DNA of 63,599 bases, filler included, from Octopus bimaculoides (Eukaryota), in NCBI RefSeq assembly GCF_001194135.2. It is 6 parts of 6 records of this genome, joined end to end, with 100 filler letters (N's around TTAATTAATTAA, not from the genome) between each part and the next. Parts side by side here need not be neighbours in the genome. Positions count along the whole stretch, not along the records: positions 30,252 to 46,382 come from NC_069004.1; positions 46,483 to 53,889 come from NW_026361988.1; 4 more parts are not named here. The stretch is one strand, 5' to 3'. Of this stretch, positions 38,282 through 52,019 are shown in pieces. A model generated the notes under the pieces. The model did not search any database and had not been told where the DNA came from. It was given only the letters and a program-made list of their open reading frames with translations. Each line of letters opens with the position of its first letter. The first letter of the stretch is position 1. The position numbers were made by a program, and so were the translations under genes.

Positions 38282-39774
38282 AAGGGTCTAATTGAGTGAT
38301 CTGTTCTCATCTCATCTAAATGGAATAAGGCAAGAGCGAGCTTTGTTTCCACAGTTTTGAAGTTGGTGGTAGCAGCAACTGGTGTATATGGAAACAGCAC
38401 CCAGTACAATCTGTGAAGTGGTTGGCATTAGGAAGGGCACCATGCCAAAGTAGACATTGGAGCTCGATGCAACCTTTTAGCTCATCAGTTCCTTTTGAAC
38501 CATCCAGCCCATGCCTACATGATAAGAGATATTGAGTGATGATAATATAACCATTATTTTAAGCACATCGTGAGAGCTATTTAAACACATGTAGTCATGA
38601 TAACTATTTAAACACACATACACATACAGTTGTAACAGATATCTAAATACCACACACAACACACACACATGCACACACAATGTTAACTTGATCTTTGTTG
38701 TATTCTATAAATGGCAGTGTCAGCACATTTCTTGTCTATCTTCCACATGATCAAAGACATATCAGTGATCAGGTGGAACATATACAGGAAGCGTTAATTA
38801 TTTAAATACTGTAAATTGTTTCATAGTTCCAATATGTATATATCGCCCAGATGAGCTTTCCTCTCATGTAAGTACAACTCTGTTGTGTGTCTGTGTGTCT
38901 GGCATTTGCCACAAGGAAACACTCAAGGTAACCATTGGCTCTTATAAAGTAATCTATCACTGGGGAACATCTTCAAACAAATTTTTAGTTATCTTGCTTT
39001 TTTACAATTATTCCCATCTAATTATTTCTAATTCGGAAATACCCTCAGAAATTTCCTATCATGTCAAACTTTGTTAAACAGGAATTATTATAATTTTTTT
39101 TTTTTTTTTTTTTTAACAAAATTTGTCAATTTTGCCATTATTAAATGCAATATTGAAATTTAGAAGCTAACACAGAACAAGTAGTACTTTTAATTGTGTT
39201 TAATTACACATCTTCGGATGGATATTTCTGTCAATCTGGAGTTTCAGCTACTCAAGGAGTATATGTATGTATGTATGTATGTGTATAGATATGTATATAT
39301 ATATGTGTGTATATATATATGTATATGCTTCTTTCAGTTTCCATCTACCAAATCCACTCACAAGCTTCTTACCATACAGCCACTCCTTTGCCCACAAAAG
39401 GCATTCGTTCTGATATATATANNNNNNNNNNNNNNNNNNNNNNNNNNNNNNNNNNNNNNNNNNNNNNNNNNNNNNNNNNNNNNNNNNNNNNNNNNNNNNN
39501 NNNNNNNNNNNNNNNNNNNNNNNNNNNNNNNNNNNNNNNNNNNNNNNNNNNNNNNNNNNNNNNNNNNNNNNNNNNNNNNNNNNNNNNNNNNNNNNNNNNN
39601 NNNNNNNNNNNNNNNNNNNNNNNNNNNNNNNNNNNNNNNNNNNNNNNNNNNNNNNNNNNNNNNNNNNNNNNNNNNNNNNNNNNNNNNNNNNNNNNNNNNN
39701 NNNNNNNNNNNNNNNNNNNNNNNNNNNNNNNNNNNNNNNNNNNNNNNNNNNNNNNNNNNNNNNNNNNNNNNNNN

Positions 39775-39826
<52 letters not shown>

Positions 39827-42116
39827 TGCATATAGTTCTCCTGTCATGTAAGAACAATTCTGATCTGTGTGTGTGTGTGTGCGTGTGCTTGGTGCACACT
39901 CAGGGTAGCTATAGGCTTTTACAAAATAATTTAAGGCCTTATACGTTTGTTATACATCAGCATGAAGATACTGTGACAGCAACACATAAGTAGGCTAAGA
40001 GGCAGGCATCACACATACATACGAACAGAACTAGACGCTCACATGCATAGACAGAGAAATAGAATAAGAGGACTGTTAAACTGAGGGGAACATTAAAAAC
40101 ACTTGATGTTGAATGAGTCAGTGTTGAATTAAACGATGTCAAACAGGTGGCATAAAACGGCTGTGCTAAAATGTTTCATAGTCTGGTAGGAGTCAGTGAG
40201 AGGAACTAGAATTAAGTCTCAGAATGCAAGAACCTAAAGATCCAGGATGTGTGCCACAAAGCAACTTGTTCTTCTCCACTCTTAAAAGTTCCACCATTCC
40301 ATTATTCTTGAGTGCTAATTTATTCCCCTCCTCCTGCCGCTGAAAATGAAGCAAAAAAGATATGTTGTTTGTGGTGAGAAGCTTGCTTCCCAGCCACATG
40401 ATTCTTGGTTCAGTCCCACTGCATGTCACCTTGGGCAAGTATTTTCTACCAAAGCCTTGTTAGTGGATTTGGTATACAGAAACTGAAAGAAGCCTGTCAT
40501 GTCTATATATATCTTTCAAGGTGGTGCTTGTCAAATGACTGAAACCCCTCCCCCCCAAAAAACAAAAAACAAAAAAACAAACAAGCTAACGGTAAAGTCA
40601 ACCTCAGTGAGATTTGAACTCTGAGCTCAGAGCACTGAAACAAACCTCACTAGTCATTCTGTCCAATGATCTAATTCACTGGCTGACTGTTGCTATTGTT
40701 GTTGTTATTATTAGTGTTTATAGTTTATATCTCACTAAAATGTTGTTTGTTTGATTTGAACATTAGTTTATCAGCTTCTGTGTTTGATAAATTCCTCTGA
40801 CAGCAGACTATGCTATCCGGAATGATCTTTGCTCACCAACGAGTATGTCGGCCTCATCACTTGTTCTCTGTTATCTATCTATAGTGCTACATTGGCAGGA
40901 TCAGTTGAGCACCAGACAAAATCATTTGTGCCTTTCCGTTACGTGTGTTTGTCCCCCCCATTATTGTTTGATAACCAGCGTTGGTTTGTTTACACCCCCA
41001 TCACTTAGCAGTTCAGGAAAAGATACTGATAAAATAAGTACCAAGCTTAAAACATAAGTACTGGGGTTGATTTCTTTGACTGAACCCGTCAAGGTGGTGC
41101 TCCAGCATGGCCACAGACTGAAGCGAGCAAAAAAAAGAGAAACAAAAATAAAGGATGCGTTCATTTTTACGGTATGTCCACCGATTCCGTTTGTATTGTT
41201 TTCTCCCCCCCCCCTCTTTTTTTCTCCAATCTTAATGATTGTCAACCATTTTGTGGTCGGAAGAATATTTTATTTGGATTAATTGAATTTATAGAAAACG
41301 GAAGCGGAATGACGTGAGCAAAGAGAAAAACATATTCTGTGTATGTGTGTGAGAGAGAGAGAGAGAGAGGCTGTTTGTATATGTGACAGTGTGTGTGTGT
41401 GTGCATGTGATGTATGTGTCAGTCCATGTATGTTTCTGGATGCGCATGTCAGTTTGTGTGTCAGTCAGTCTGTTTCAGCTCACGTGTTTCTGGATGCATG
41501 TGTCAGTTTCTGTGTGTGTGTGTCTGTGTGTGTGTCTTAGTACAGTATTAAGAAAATAGAATTGTGGTACATCAAAGAAATGGAATGGTAGAATGTCTTC
41601 ACAGTATTTTATTGAGACGCAGGTAGAATACACAAACACACAAATGAGACAGAGATACATACACACACAGACATATATACACATTTATATGCATATATAT
41701 ATATTCGTATATTCTTTTATTCTTTTCAGTCATTTGACGGCGGCCATGCTGGGGCACCGCCTTTAGTCAAGCAAATCGACCCTAGAACTTATTCTTTGTA
41801 AGCCTAGTACTTATCCCATTGGTCTATTTTGCCGAACTGCTAAGTTATGGGGATGTGAACTCACTAACATTGGTTGTCAAGCGATGGTGGACACACACAC
41901 ACACACATACGACGGGCTTCTTTCAGTTTCCATCTACCAAATCCAGTACCAAGGTGCCACGCAGTGGGACTGAACCTGGGACCATGTGGTTGGTAAGCAA
42001 GCTACTTACCACACAGCCACTCCTACAAACATACAACAACACATACACACTGTGCTAAATAAGCTCATTTAGTTTGTTTGAAATTAAATCTCATTTAAGC
42101 ATCCACTTTGATGATG

Positions 42117-42195
<79 letters not shown>

Positions 42196-42390
42196 CACAC
42201 ACACACATGTATACTCTAAACAATAAACTGTATAAGTTTAATTAGCATTATGTATGTGTTTGTATGTGTATGTTTGTACATGCCTGTGTGTGTGTGGATA
42301 TGTGGATATATATGTATATAAGCCTTGTCTAGAGATAATCTTTATATAAGCTACTAGTAGTAGTAGTAGTATTAATTTCACATTGTATAC

Positions 42391-42497
42391 CACACACAAT
42401 AGCCGCTTCACTGCTGATCGTTTTAGCTAAATCTTGTATTACTTGAGGATTATCTTTATCCACAAGCCACTCTCTCAATCTGTTCATTCTATAAACA
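42391..42497 (-). CDS. Candidate 107-nt internal exon (phase 2-1), VYRMNRLREWLVDKDNPQVIQDLAKTISSEAAIVC[G]
   Basis: Acceptor gtcattgttgcAG, donor GTATAC (weaker); open, protein-like amphipathic sequence wedged between (AAT)n and (TAG)n tracts. Confidence 0.5.
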
Positions 42498-42547
42498 CTG
42501 CAACAATGACAAGTCGCAATTATTATTATAATTATAACAATATTATT

Positions 42548-42581
<34 letters not shown>

Positions 42582-43224
42582 GTGGTGGCTGGAAAACATC
42601 TAAGGAATACGATGACGATAGTTTTGAGATGGAAGTTATTGATCTGACAAATGAGGATGGATTTGTGGAGGTAACTTGGCACACATGAACCTTAACCCTT
42701 ACATATGACCCCTTCTTGTTTGTTGCTTTACTTTTATTCTTCTCCGTCGTCTTCGTCCTGTCTGTTCTCTGCACTTGGGCTCCCGGGGGACATTTGCAAT
42801 GCCTGTCAACGGTTAATGCCTTTAATTGTAGGTCTGATCAATCAGGGCCTCGGAGGGGATGCAGGGGTGGTTTACACAAGCTACAATGTCCTGCCTAGTC
42901 AACCAGCAATGTGCACATGAGTCCCGCCTAGTTAACCAGCAATGTGCACATGAGATTTTTTTTATCAGAGCAGACTCGGACTTTTAAATACCACTACAAC
43001 CACCACCACTACAACCACCACCACTACCAGCATGAGGGCTTCCAGGACCTCTGCCACTGGTGACTTTTTCCTTGACAAGCCTAATGAGGGAGTTGTTGTG
43101 TTGCTCTGATGGTTTGCCATATATTCTTCTGAGGCTGTTTATGAGTTTGGAAAACTGGATGTGTAGAAAATGACCCCACTAAAGTTTTATCAACCTGCAT
43201 CGTTTGACATTAACAAGTCTTTCA

Positions 43225-43558
43225 TCTCTTGTTTGTTTCAGTCATTTGACTGTGGCCATGCTGGGGCAGTGCCTTGAAGGCCTGACCCCACCCCAAGTAC
43301 TTTTTTTTTTAATCCCCTTTTAAGTTTGGTACTTATTCTGTCCATTTTGTTTACTGAACTGCTAAGTCGTATGGATGTAAACAAACCAACATTGGTTGTT
43401 AAGCAGTGGGTGGAGAGAAGCACTAGCATAAAGACACGCACACATAAACATATACATTTATATATGTGTGGGTGTGTATATATATGTATGTGTATGTATA
43501 TATGCATATGTATGTGTGTATATATACGTACGTATGTGTGTATATATATATGCATGTA

Positions 43559-43605
<47 letters not shown>

Positions 43606-43810
43606 ATAGGGACATACACATACATATATTTATACAAATACATGTATGCGTATGTATATATATGACAGGCTTCCTCACAGTTTCTGCCTAGCAAACCTAT
43701 TCGCATTGGTTTCCCTGGGGCTATGCTAGAAGCCACTTGCCAAAGTTACCCCACAGTGGGACTGAACCCTGAAACTACAAGTTTGCAGAGTGAGTCTCTT
43801 AACCACATAC
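43225..43810 (-). mobile_element. Family A SINE with internal microsatellite expanded to ~230 bp
   Basis: The SINE 3' half (43225-43425) and 5' half (43665-43810) flank a TA/TATG/CA tract. Confidence 0.85.
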
Positions 43811-44289
43811 ATAGTTATTACCTGTGCCTGGGGCTGTTCAAAACCTTCTGCCTATAACTTGCTGGACGATTTAATAAATGAAGGTAGTGTAAGAAAATTA
43901 ATCACTGCCTGTAATTAGTGAGTTACTGGAAGCCACAGGTAAAGATTAATAATACATTTTGTCGATTACAACATAAATGTGTTGCTTAAAAGTGCAGGTG
44001 GTCGAGAGAGAGAGCAGTTGGCTGAGACAAGTGACATAGATCCCCACCCGCCTCGATGACTTAGTAACTCTCTAGCCTGTGGGTGAATTTGATCTGTAAG
44101 AAATAGCAGCCAAGTTTCTGTCGAATTACAACAACTGACAACTGACTTGGACAACACCACTGACGCGTCATAGGGATGTTTGAGTTGTTGTTTATTACTG
44201 CACCAGTGTTCCAGTGTTTCGTTACATCTAGTGTTTGTAGTGTGTGTGTGGAGGCATCAACATCACAACTTCCTAGATTTGATTCTTCC

Positions 44290-44329
<40 letters not shown>

Positions 44330-44832
44330 TGTGGTAAGGAGCTTGTTTCTGAACCCTATGGGTTCAGTCCCACTGCATAGCATCTTGGGCAAGTGTCTTC
44401 TCTAACCTTGGGCCTACCAAAGCTTTGTGAATAGATTTGGTAGACAGAAACTGAAAGAAGCCATTCATGTNNNNNNNNNNNNNNNNNNNNNNNNNNNNNN
44501 NNNNNNNNNNNNNNNNNNNNNNNNNNNNNNNNNNNNNNNNNNNNNNNNNNNNNNNNNNNNNNNNNNNNNNNNNNNNNNNNNNNNNNNNNNNNNNNNNNNN
44601 NNNNNNNNNNNNNNNNNNNNNNNNNNNNNNNNNNNNNNNNNNNNNNNNNNNNNNNNNNNNNNNNNNNNNNNNCAGAGAATAAGTCTTGGGGGCAATTTCA
44701 TTGACCAAAACCCTTTAAGGTGGTGCTCTAGCATGACCACAATCAAACGACTGAAACAAGTAAGAATAACAGAATATATATTCTTTTATTCTTTTGAGCC
44801 CTAAGGCTGTGGCTATGTTCGGGCACCGCCAG

Positions 44833-44872
<40 letters not shown>

Positions 44873-45527
44873 ATAGTTATACATATTTTTAAGTATATAT
44901 ATGTTTGTGTAATGCTTTGTGTGCGTATGTAGTCATTGGGTCTATATATGCACTGTGTATGTGTGTGCATACATCTTTGTGTGTCAAAATATATGTACAC
45001 ACAGGCATGCACATGCATGCACACCACCCACTCACATGCACTGTGAGAATGTGTGTGAGTATTCCAGTTTTAAAAATAGGTATGCCATATCTGTGCATGC
45101 CATAAGGGGCCCCCCCGCCATATGAGTTTGTGCCAAGTATGGCATCTGGCTATGAAAACGCTGCCACCAAGGCCCTCGTCCAGCCTGTGTTGGCATGGAA
45201 AAGCGGTCATTAAAACAATGCCGTTGATTTATGTTATCATTTTGCATTTGTTATTTCGTGTTGGCATCGGTTCAGCAGATCTCTCGCAGTAAAAACAGTA
45301 CAACACACATTTACATGAACACATATGTATATATACACATACACACACACACACACACACACGCATACATATGTACATACACACACATGTATATATACGT
45401 ATGTGTGTGTATACATATGCACACACACATATACACATGTATATAAACACAAATACAGATACATTCATGCGTGCACACACATGTACAAATGTATACACAC
45501 ATATATATGCACATATATAAACACATG

Positions 45528-45588
<61 letters not shown>

Positions 45589-45613
45589 ATATATATGTGT
45601 GTATATATATATG

Positions 45614-45653
<40 letters not shown>

Positions 45654-46341
45654 TGCATACATATACGTAATGCATGCACACACATATATAAAATAAAGAA
45701 TTGATTTTGTTTGGTAAGTGTCACTATCAAATATTTTATTCATAACATAAAATTATATATTTGGTGACATTGAACATTATTATTATTATCATTATCATTA
45801 TTATTAGCATTATTATTATTATTACTATTATACTGGTGTTGTTGTTGGATTTGAATCCCTATCCACAAAATAAATGGACATTGCTTCATTGGGACATGCA
45901 GATGATGGTCTATCCTTTCCCAAACAATTGAGGGAATTGTTTAAGGCTTGTGACCTCACAGTCGTAAGATCGATGCTCTAACCACTGAGCCATGCCCCTT
46001 CACTTGAGGCTATAAGGCTTGACTAACTCAAAACAATGTGATTAAATAAGCAGTACATTTGATTGAGCAAAGCAAGTGCTACAGGAATAAATCAACTCCG
46101 ATTTGTCTGTTAATTACTAATTTATGATGGTTGAAATTTCTGTGAATATCTGATCATTTTAACATGTTTTTCCTAATTTTATCTTGTAACTTTAAACTCT
46201 CCTAAACCCTTTATTTTCTATCATTGATAAGCAAAAAAATTGTAGAAACCAGTTTAGTATTTGAATAAATCTATTACAAAGTTTAAAAATGACTCCACGT
46301 TTTGAGATTCAGGTACATTTTCAAACCCCTAAGCAATTTCT

Positions 46342-46382
<41 letters not shown>

Positions 46383-46689
46383 NNNNNNNNNNNNNNNNNN
46401 NNNNNNNNNNNNNNNNNNNNNNNNNNTTAATTAATTAANNNNNNNNNNNNNNNNNNNNNNNNNNNNNNNNNNNNNNNNNNNNGCGCATTAATTGTCCACG
46501 TTAGTGGTTGACGTTATTTTTAAAATGTACCTTAATCCCCTGAGATTGCAGATAATATTTCTGAATCTCTTTGATTCTTTAAATGTGCTGGCCCCCTGAT
46601 AATTAATCGATATTAATTAATATATTAATATATGACTAATTACCAGATCTTATAATAATATTTATATATATAGATAGACAAATAGGTAG

Positions 46690-46722
<33 letters not shown>

Positions 46723-46937
46723 GTATATATATATAATATATATATATATACACATATATACATATATGTATACACACATACACACACATACGCACATGCG
46801 CACACCCATATATATATACTTGCATATGTTTATGTATATATAATAAGTACGTATGTATGTCATTATTTGGTTTTATTTTAAAATTTCTTGCCAATAGCGA
46901 AACGGTCGGTCTCTAACATAGATCCAAAGTTCCTTCA

Positions 46938-46983
46938 TTGTATGTATGTATGTATGTATGTATGTATGTATGCATGCATGTAT

Positions 46984-47017
<34 letters not shown>

Positions 47018-47405
47018 GCATGCATATATGTATGCATGTATGTATGAATATATGTATGTATGCATGCATGTATGAATGTATGTATGTAGATATGCATGTA
47101 TGTATATACGTATGTATGCATGTACGTGTATATATATATATATATGTATGTATATATATATGTATGTATGTATGCATGTATGTATGTATGTATGTATATA
47201 CGTATGTATATATGTATGTATGTGTATTTGTATGTATGCATGTATGCATGTATGTATGTATATATGTACGTTTATATGCATGTATGCACGTATGTGTGTA
47301 TGTATGTATGTGTTTGTGCCTCTGCTTTGTGTGCGTACGTGTGAGCGTTCGTGTGTATGTGTATGTGTATGTATGTATGTATGTATGTATGTATGTATGT
47401 ATTTA
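46938..47405. repeat. Long (TATG)n/(TA)n/(CATG) compound microsatellite
   Basis: Directly visible; source of many spurious MYVC/HTYI ORFs. Confidence 0.96.
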
Positions 47406-47905
47406 TGTCTGAAAACATAAATAGTTTACTCTTCCGGTATATGTAGGTTCAATCTTTATCCAGTGAAAGATGAATATCACTTATTATNNNNNNNNNNNNN
47501 NNNNNNNNNNNNNNNNNNNNNNNNNNNNNNNNNNNNNNNNNNNNNNNNNNNNNNNNNNNNNNNNNNNNNNNNNNNNNNNNNNNNNNNNNNNNNNNNNNNN
47601 NNNNNNNNNNNNNNNNNNNNNNNNNNNNNNNNNNNNNNNNNNNNNNNNNNNNNNNNNNNNNNNNNNNNNNNNNNNNNNNNNNNNNNNNNNNNNNNNNNNN
47701 NNNNNNNNNNNNNNNNNNNNNNNNNNNNNNNNNNNNNNNNNNNNNNNNNNNNNNNNNNNNNNNNNNNNNNNNNNNNNNNNNNNNNNNNNNNNNNNNNNNN
47801 NNNNNNNNNNNNNNNNNNNNNNNNNNNNNNNNNNNNNNNNNNNNNNNNNNNNNNNNNNNNNNNNNNNNNNNNNNNNNNNNNNNNNNNNNNNNNNNNNNNN
47901 NNNNN

Positions 47906-48245
47906 CAGCGCACTCGCAGTCATAGGAACGCGGTTTCGATTCCCAGACCGGGCATTGTGAGTGTTTATTGAGCGAAAACACCTAAAAGTCCCACGAGGCT
48001 CCGGCAGGGGATGGTGGTGAACCCTGCTGTACTCTTTCACCACAACTTTCTCTCACTCTTATTTCCTGTTTCTGTTGTGCCTTGTCACACTCTGTGTCAC
48101 GCTGAATATCCCCGAGAACTACGTTAAGGGTACACGTGTCTGTGGAGTGCTCAGCCAGTTGCCCGTTAATTTCACAAGCAGGCTGTTCCATTGATCGGAT
48201 CAACTGGAACCCTCGACGTCATAAGCGATGGAGTGTCAACAAACA
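47906..48245 (+). mobile_element. tRNA-derived SINE (family C); second copy on minus strand at ~56940-57250
   Basis: B-box ggtttcgattccc; tail ttaatttcacaagcaggctgttccattgatcggatcaactggaaccctcg..., whose reverse complement occurs at about 56960-57020. Confidence 0.8.
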
Positions 48246-48750
48246 ACAATTAAGGAAGAGAATATTTTATAATTTCTACGGAAATTTCACTGCACTTCGT
48301 AGAATTATATATTTAAAATCATTTTGACTAGTAAATTATAAGTTTGTAGAATGGAATTAAGGTATCTATTTTTAATTCTTTCCAATTATTTCCCGCCCTT
48401 TCTACATAATTAATAAACCTAAGAAAAATATCTCATCACTTTTAAACGTAACCTGGACGAATTTCTTCTAGGTATACCAGAGAAGCCGTCCATACCCGGA
48501 TATAATTCAGTCAACAACAACCCCCTATTTGAATGGGCCATGATACCACAAACGTTTACTTGAATATAACTTAGCAGATCTTATCGGATGGTGCCATTAA
48601 GTTAGACGTGGCCTGAGCCAGTCTTTGACTGAAACATATCTAAGTTATGAACAAGGATATTCCATGTGTTGTAATCAAGTGTTTTGTATTTTGGGGCCAC
48701 ATTATAATCTTTGTCGTTCATATAAATAATCTGTTCTAAAATATATAAAA

Positions 48751-49058
48751 GTGGGCATATGGCGTAGTGGTTAAGAGCGCGGGCTACTAACCCCAAGATT
48801 CTGAATTCGATTCCATCAACGACCTGAATAATAATAATAATTATAATAATAATAATAATAACAACATCAACAACAACATCGAAATATGCCTTAGGAATGA
48901 GAATCCAGGTTCGAAATTTCCCCAAAACACTTGATGAAGGCTGGAGGGTACATCAGCCGAAACGTTATGTTAACAACAAACAAGATGAGGACAAATATTT
49001 GTTAAATGTAAACGATGTAAATAATATACATAATTCCTCATCTCTTAAATATAGAACT
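48751..49058 (+). mobile_element. tRNA-headed SINE-like element with (AAT)n spacer and hammerhead-containing tail
   Basis: A-box tggcgtagtgg (48760), B-box gaattcgattcc (48803), (AAT)n, then the ribozyme-like motif at 48926-48971. Confidence 0.75.
48926..48971 (+). ncRNA. Minimal type-I hammerhead ribozyme-like motif (degenerate copy)
   Basis: AACAC-[T]TGATGA-A-GGCTG(gagggtacat)CAGCC-GAAA-CG-TT^ATGTT: perfect 5-bp stem II, GAAA core, palindromic AACGTT mini helix III, helix I 4/5 paired; C3 is replaced by T. Confidence 0.65.
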
Positions 49059-49881
49059 GGAAAATATAAATGATTGAATATGATTTGATGGAAATTAGTA
49101 TCCATTTCTAGCAGGTTTTGTCACATCGTAGAGGTTACGTGTTTACCAGATTATGTGTTAATTTGTGCTCATGTGTTGTTTGTTTGTTTGGTCGCAACAG
49201 CTGCTCTTGAATGATTAAAATGTGATCAGCCGCTTCTTGTATATTTTCTCGTATTCGATGTTATCTGTGATATCTGTGTGAACATGTTAGTCTGTGAGTG
49301 TTTGGGATGCAAATAGAGTAGTTAAAGATACAATGGCATTCCATACTAATACAATATCGATATTCACCACGTGTCTATGCATACTGTGAAATAATTACTC
49401 TTCTAAGTGAGTGAAAACAAAATCTGGCAGCAGTTTAGCTTCATCTTCGTGGTTTAGCCCCAGATCAACGCTGATAAAGCGGACATTTGTTTCAATCAGT
49501 GGTCATCTCATCTTTTTTTATTAAAGACGGTGAACTTCCAGCACTCTATTACCCAACGAGTACATATTCTTTTTATATATAGGGTGATATTTAAAGGAAA
49601 TTTGTCTGTTGTTTCTATAAGGCCGATAATCCGCATTCAGGCCCATTCTTAAGCAGTAGTTTATGTGTAGATAGCAGGGGAAATATCTGTGGAATGGAAT
49701 TTAGAGAGAGAAACAGAGAGACGGAGAGATAGACAGACAGGAGAGACAGAGAGACTGATAGAGAGTTATGCGCGTGAAGATATTCCATATGACAGTCTGT
49801 GTGTCTCGGTTGTTGTTTGGCCCAGAAACTAATGTTCGCCAAAAAAAAAAAAAAAAAAAGACGAGTTGCAGAAAGACGTAC

Positions 49882-49958
49882 CCACATCTGAGAAACTCTG
49901 CTGATGACGCAACGTCAGTGCGTGTCAGCCCACCAGTAACCAAGGCGTGACTAAAAAC
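49882..49958 (-). CDS. Candidate 77-nt internal exon (phase 0-2), VFSHALVTGGLTRTDVASSAEFLRC[G]
   Basis: Strong acceptor ctggtattctcttccAG, donor GTACGT, open frame; phase matches the 42391-42497 exon. Confidence 0.5.
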
Positions 49959-50471
49959 CTGGAAGAGAATACCAGCAGCAAATTAAACACCTGACAAGTG
50001 TAACGTGTTTATTTTCAACGAAAAATGCCCCAGGTACGTCTGTATCGTAAGAAGCTGGCGTCCCAAACACAACGATAAATACAAACAAATGACCGAAAAA
50101 TGATGAGCAAACCCTAGCCAGAAGCGAACCCACAAATCAACGCTTACGTGGAGGATATATATTATCATTATATATAATTATACAGGTATTATACTATGAG
50201 TCTTCCATAGTAGATTTCTCTCCTTAATCTATAAAGCCTTTGTGGTTTGTTTACAAATATTATATATAATAATTGAGATATATATATATATATATATATA
50301 TATANNNNNNNNNNNNNNNNNNNNNNNNNNNNNNNNNNNNNNNNNNNNNNNNNNNNNNNNNNNNNNNNNNNNNNNNNNNNNNNNNNNNNNNNNNNNNNNN
50401 NNNNNNNNNNNNNNNNNNNNNNNNNNNNNNNNNNNNTAACTTGCAGGAAGCAACATTTATTAAAATAAAAG

Positions 50472-50675
50472 TGTTGTATATCGTCTGCACTGGATGGTAC
50501 TCAGGATGACGTAGTACGGAAAGATGAAATAAACGAAAGTGAATCTTCTGATGTTGACTATGAATCTGACGATGACGGAGAGTTACACTACAATGATGCT
50601 GGCATGGTTACGGAGGAACAAATGGAAGAGTTATTTGATTCTGAAAGTGACGTTGAATTTGAAGGATTTGAATAA
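50472..50675 (+). mobile_element. pogo/Tigger-type transposase C-terminal remnant
   Basis: CCISSALDGTQDD...acidic tract...MEELFDSESDVEFEGFE* matches the pogo-family ending CCISNALDGxEDD...DFEGF. Confidence 0.85.
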
Positions 50676-52019
50676 ATGTTTTTTGCTTTTGCTTTTATAA
50701 CTGATAGTAATAAATATGTAAAGGCAATTTACTTAATATTTATTTTTCACTGACGTTATTACAGTTATTTATTTATTTTCTGCAAATGAAGTTCACAAAA
50801 AAGCATCTGTCAACGCCGACCTCAGCGGAACTCTTGAACGAGTTGACCATAGCTTCTACCACCGTTTCACATTCCGTTTAGGATGGCATCTCTTCCCCTA
50901 CACTCTGGTGGAGTCATGATGTTAATATCTTCTGCACACATTGAAAAGGCTTTCGTGGGTCCCAGTTCGAAAGGGATGCCCCTCAGCTGTTTTTATTTTC
51001 AATCGAGAGTCAGCAGGTAGAAAAAGAAGCGAGAGTGGGCAGTCTTGTCAGAACCAGGTTAAATATGGAACGGTTCTGAGAAGTGACTGTTCAATTTGAC
51101 CATGGAGCATGCATGACCTGTTGTACATTGTATAGTGATCGAACATCGGAAAATGGTCCCGAACCAAACTGTATTCAAGACGGCTTCCATCTAACGACAG
51201 TGGATGCTATCAAAAACTTTCATCTTTTGATAGGAGTGGCTGTGTGGTAAGTAGCTTGCTTACCAACCACATCGTTCCGGGGCAAGTGCCTTCTGCTATA
51301 GCCTCGGGTCGACCAAAGCCTTCTGACTGGCTCTGATAGACAGAAACCGAAGGAAGCCCGTCGTATATATATATATTGTTCAGAACCTAACGAAAGCCGT
51401 CCTTGTTTCCATCTTTCGCTGTGAAGCTTTGCATAAGGTGAGAATTATCGCGAATGGACTTGTTGCAGATTGTACATGTTTGCGTTTCCTCAGCCAACAC
51501 ATTCAGTATAAAGTCTGATACACTGTGTTAAGTAGAGTTATGAACCGAAAATTCTCTATGATGTCCGCTTTGACTGCATCCCTTACAACACCGTTATTGC
51601 TCTCTGCTTCATTACACTGTAACAACGACTGGAATACGTGAAGCGATGAACTACCACGGAAGGTGCAAATCGCCTGCCGAGGATGACTAGTCCCTTGAAT
51701 TTTATAAATTTATTCCTCTCAGCTGCTACAAGTCGGTCAATTATATCAGGGTATGTTTCATTCTAGCAACCTATGCAGAATTAGGAGTGGAGATGAGTGA
51801 CAACGTTCTCGGGGAGACTCTTGGCGTCGACAAAATCATGTTGTCTATTCTGTTCTGGCGAATTCTGGGAACGGGGAAACCTATGGATAATTTCTCGAAG
51901 TCCTTGGTTTCCCCAAGCTACAGAAGGACGATATCAATTCGAAATTGGCTTTTCAGCCCCGCAAGTACCCTCCGACAATACTGTCCTAGATGCGCATACC
52001 AACGTACTGAGCTCAAATG

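Noticed and set aside
48470-48545. Strong plus-strand acceptor followed by GIPEKPSIPGYNSVNNNPYLNGP*
   Set aside because: No upstream partner exon or homology found; all frames end quickly; could be chance.
50790-51220. Possible Tc1/mariner remnant on the minus strand
   Set aside because: Motif matches are too weak to support by eye.
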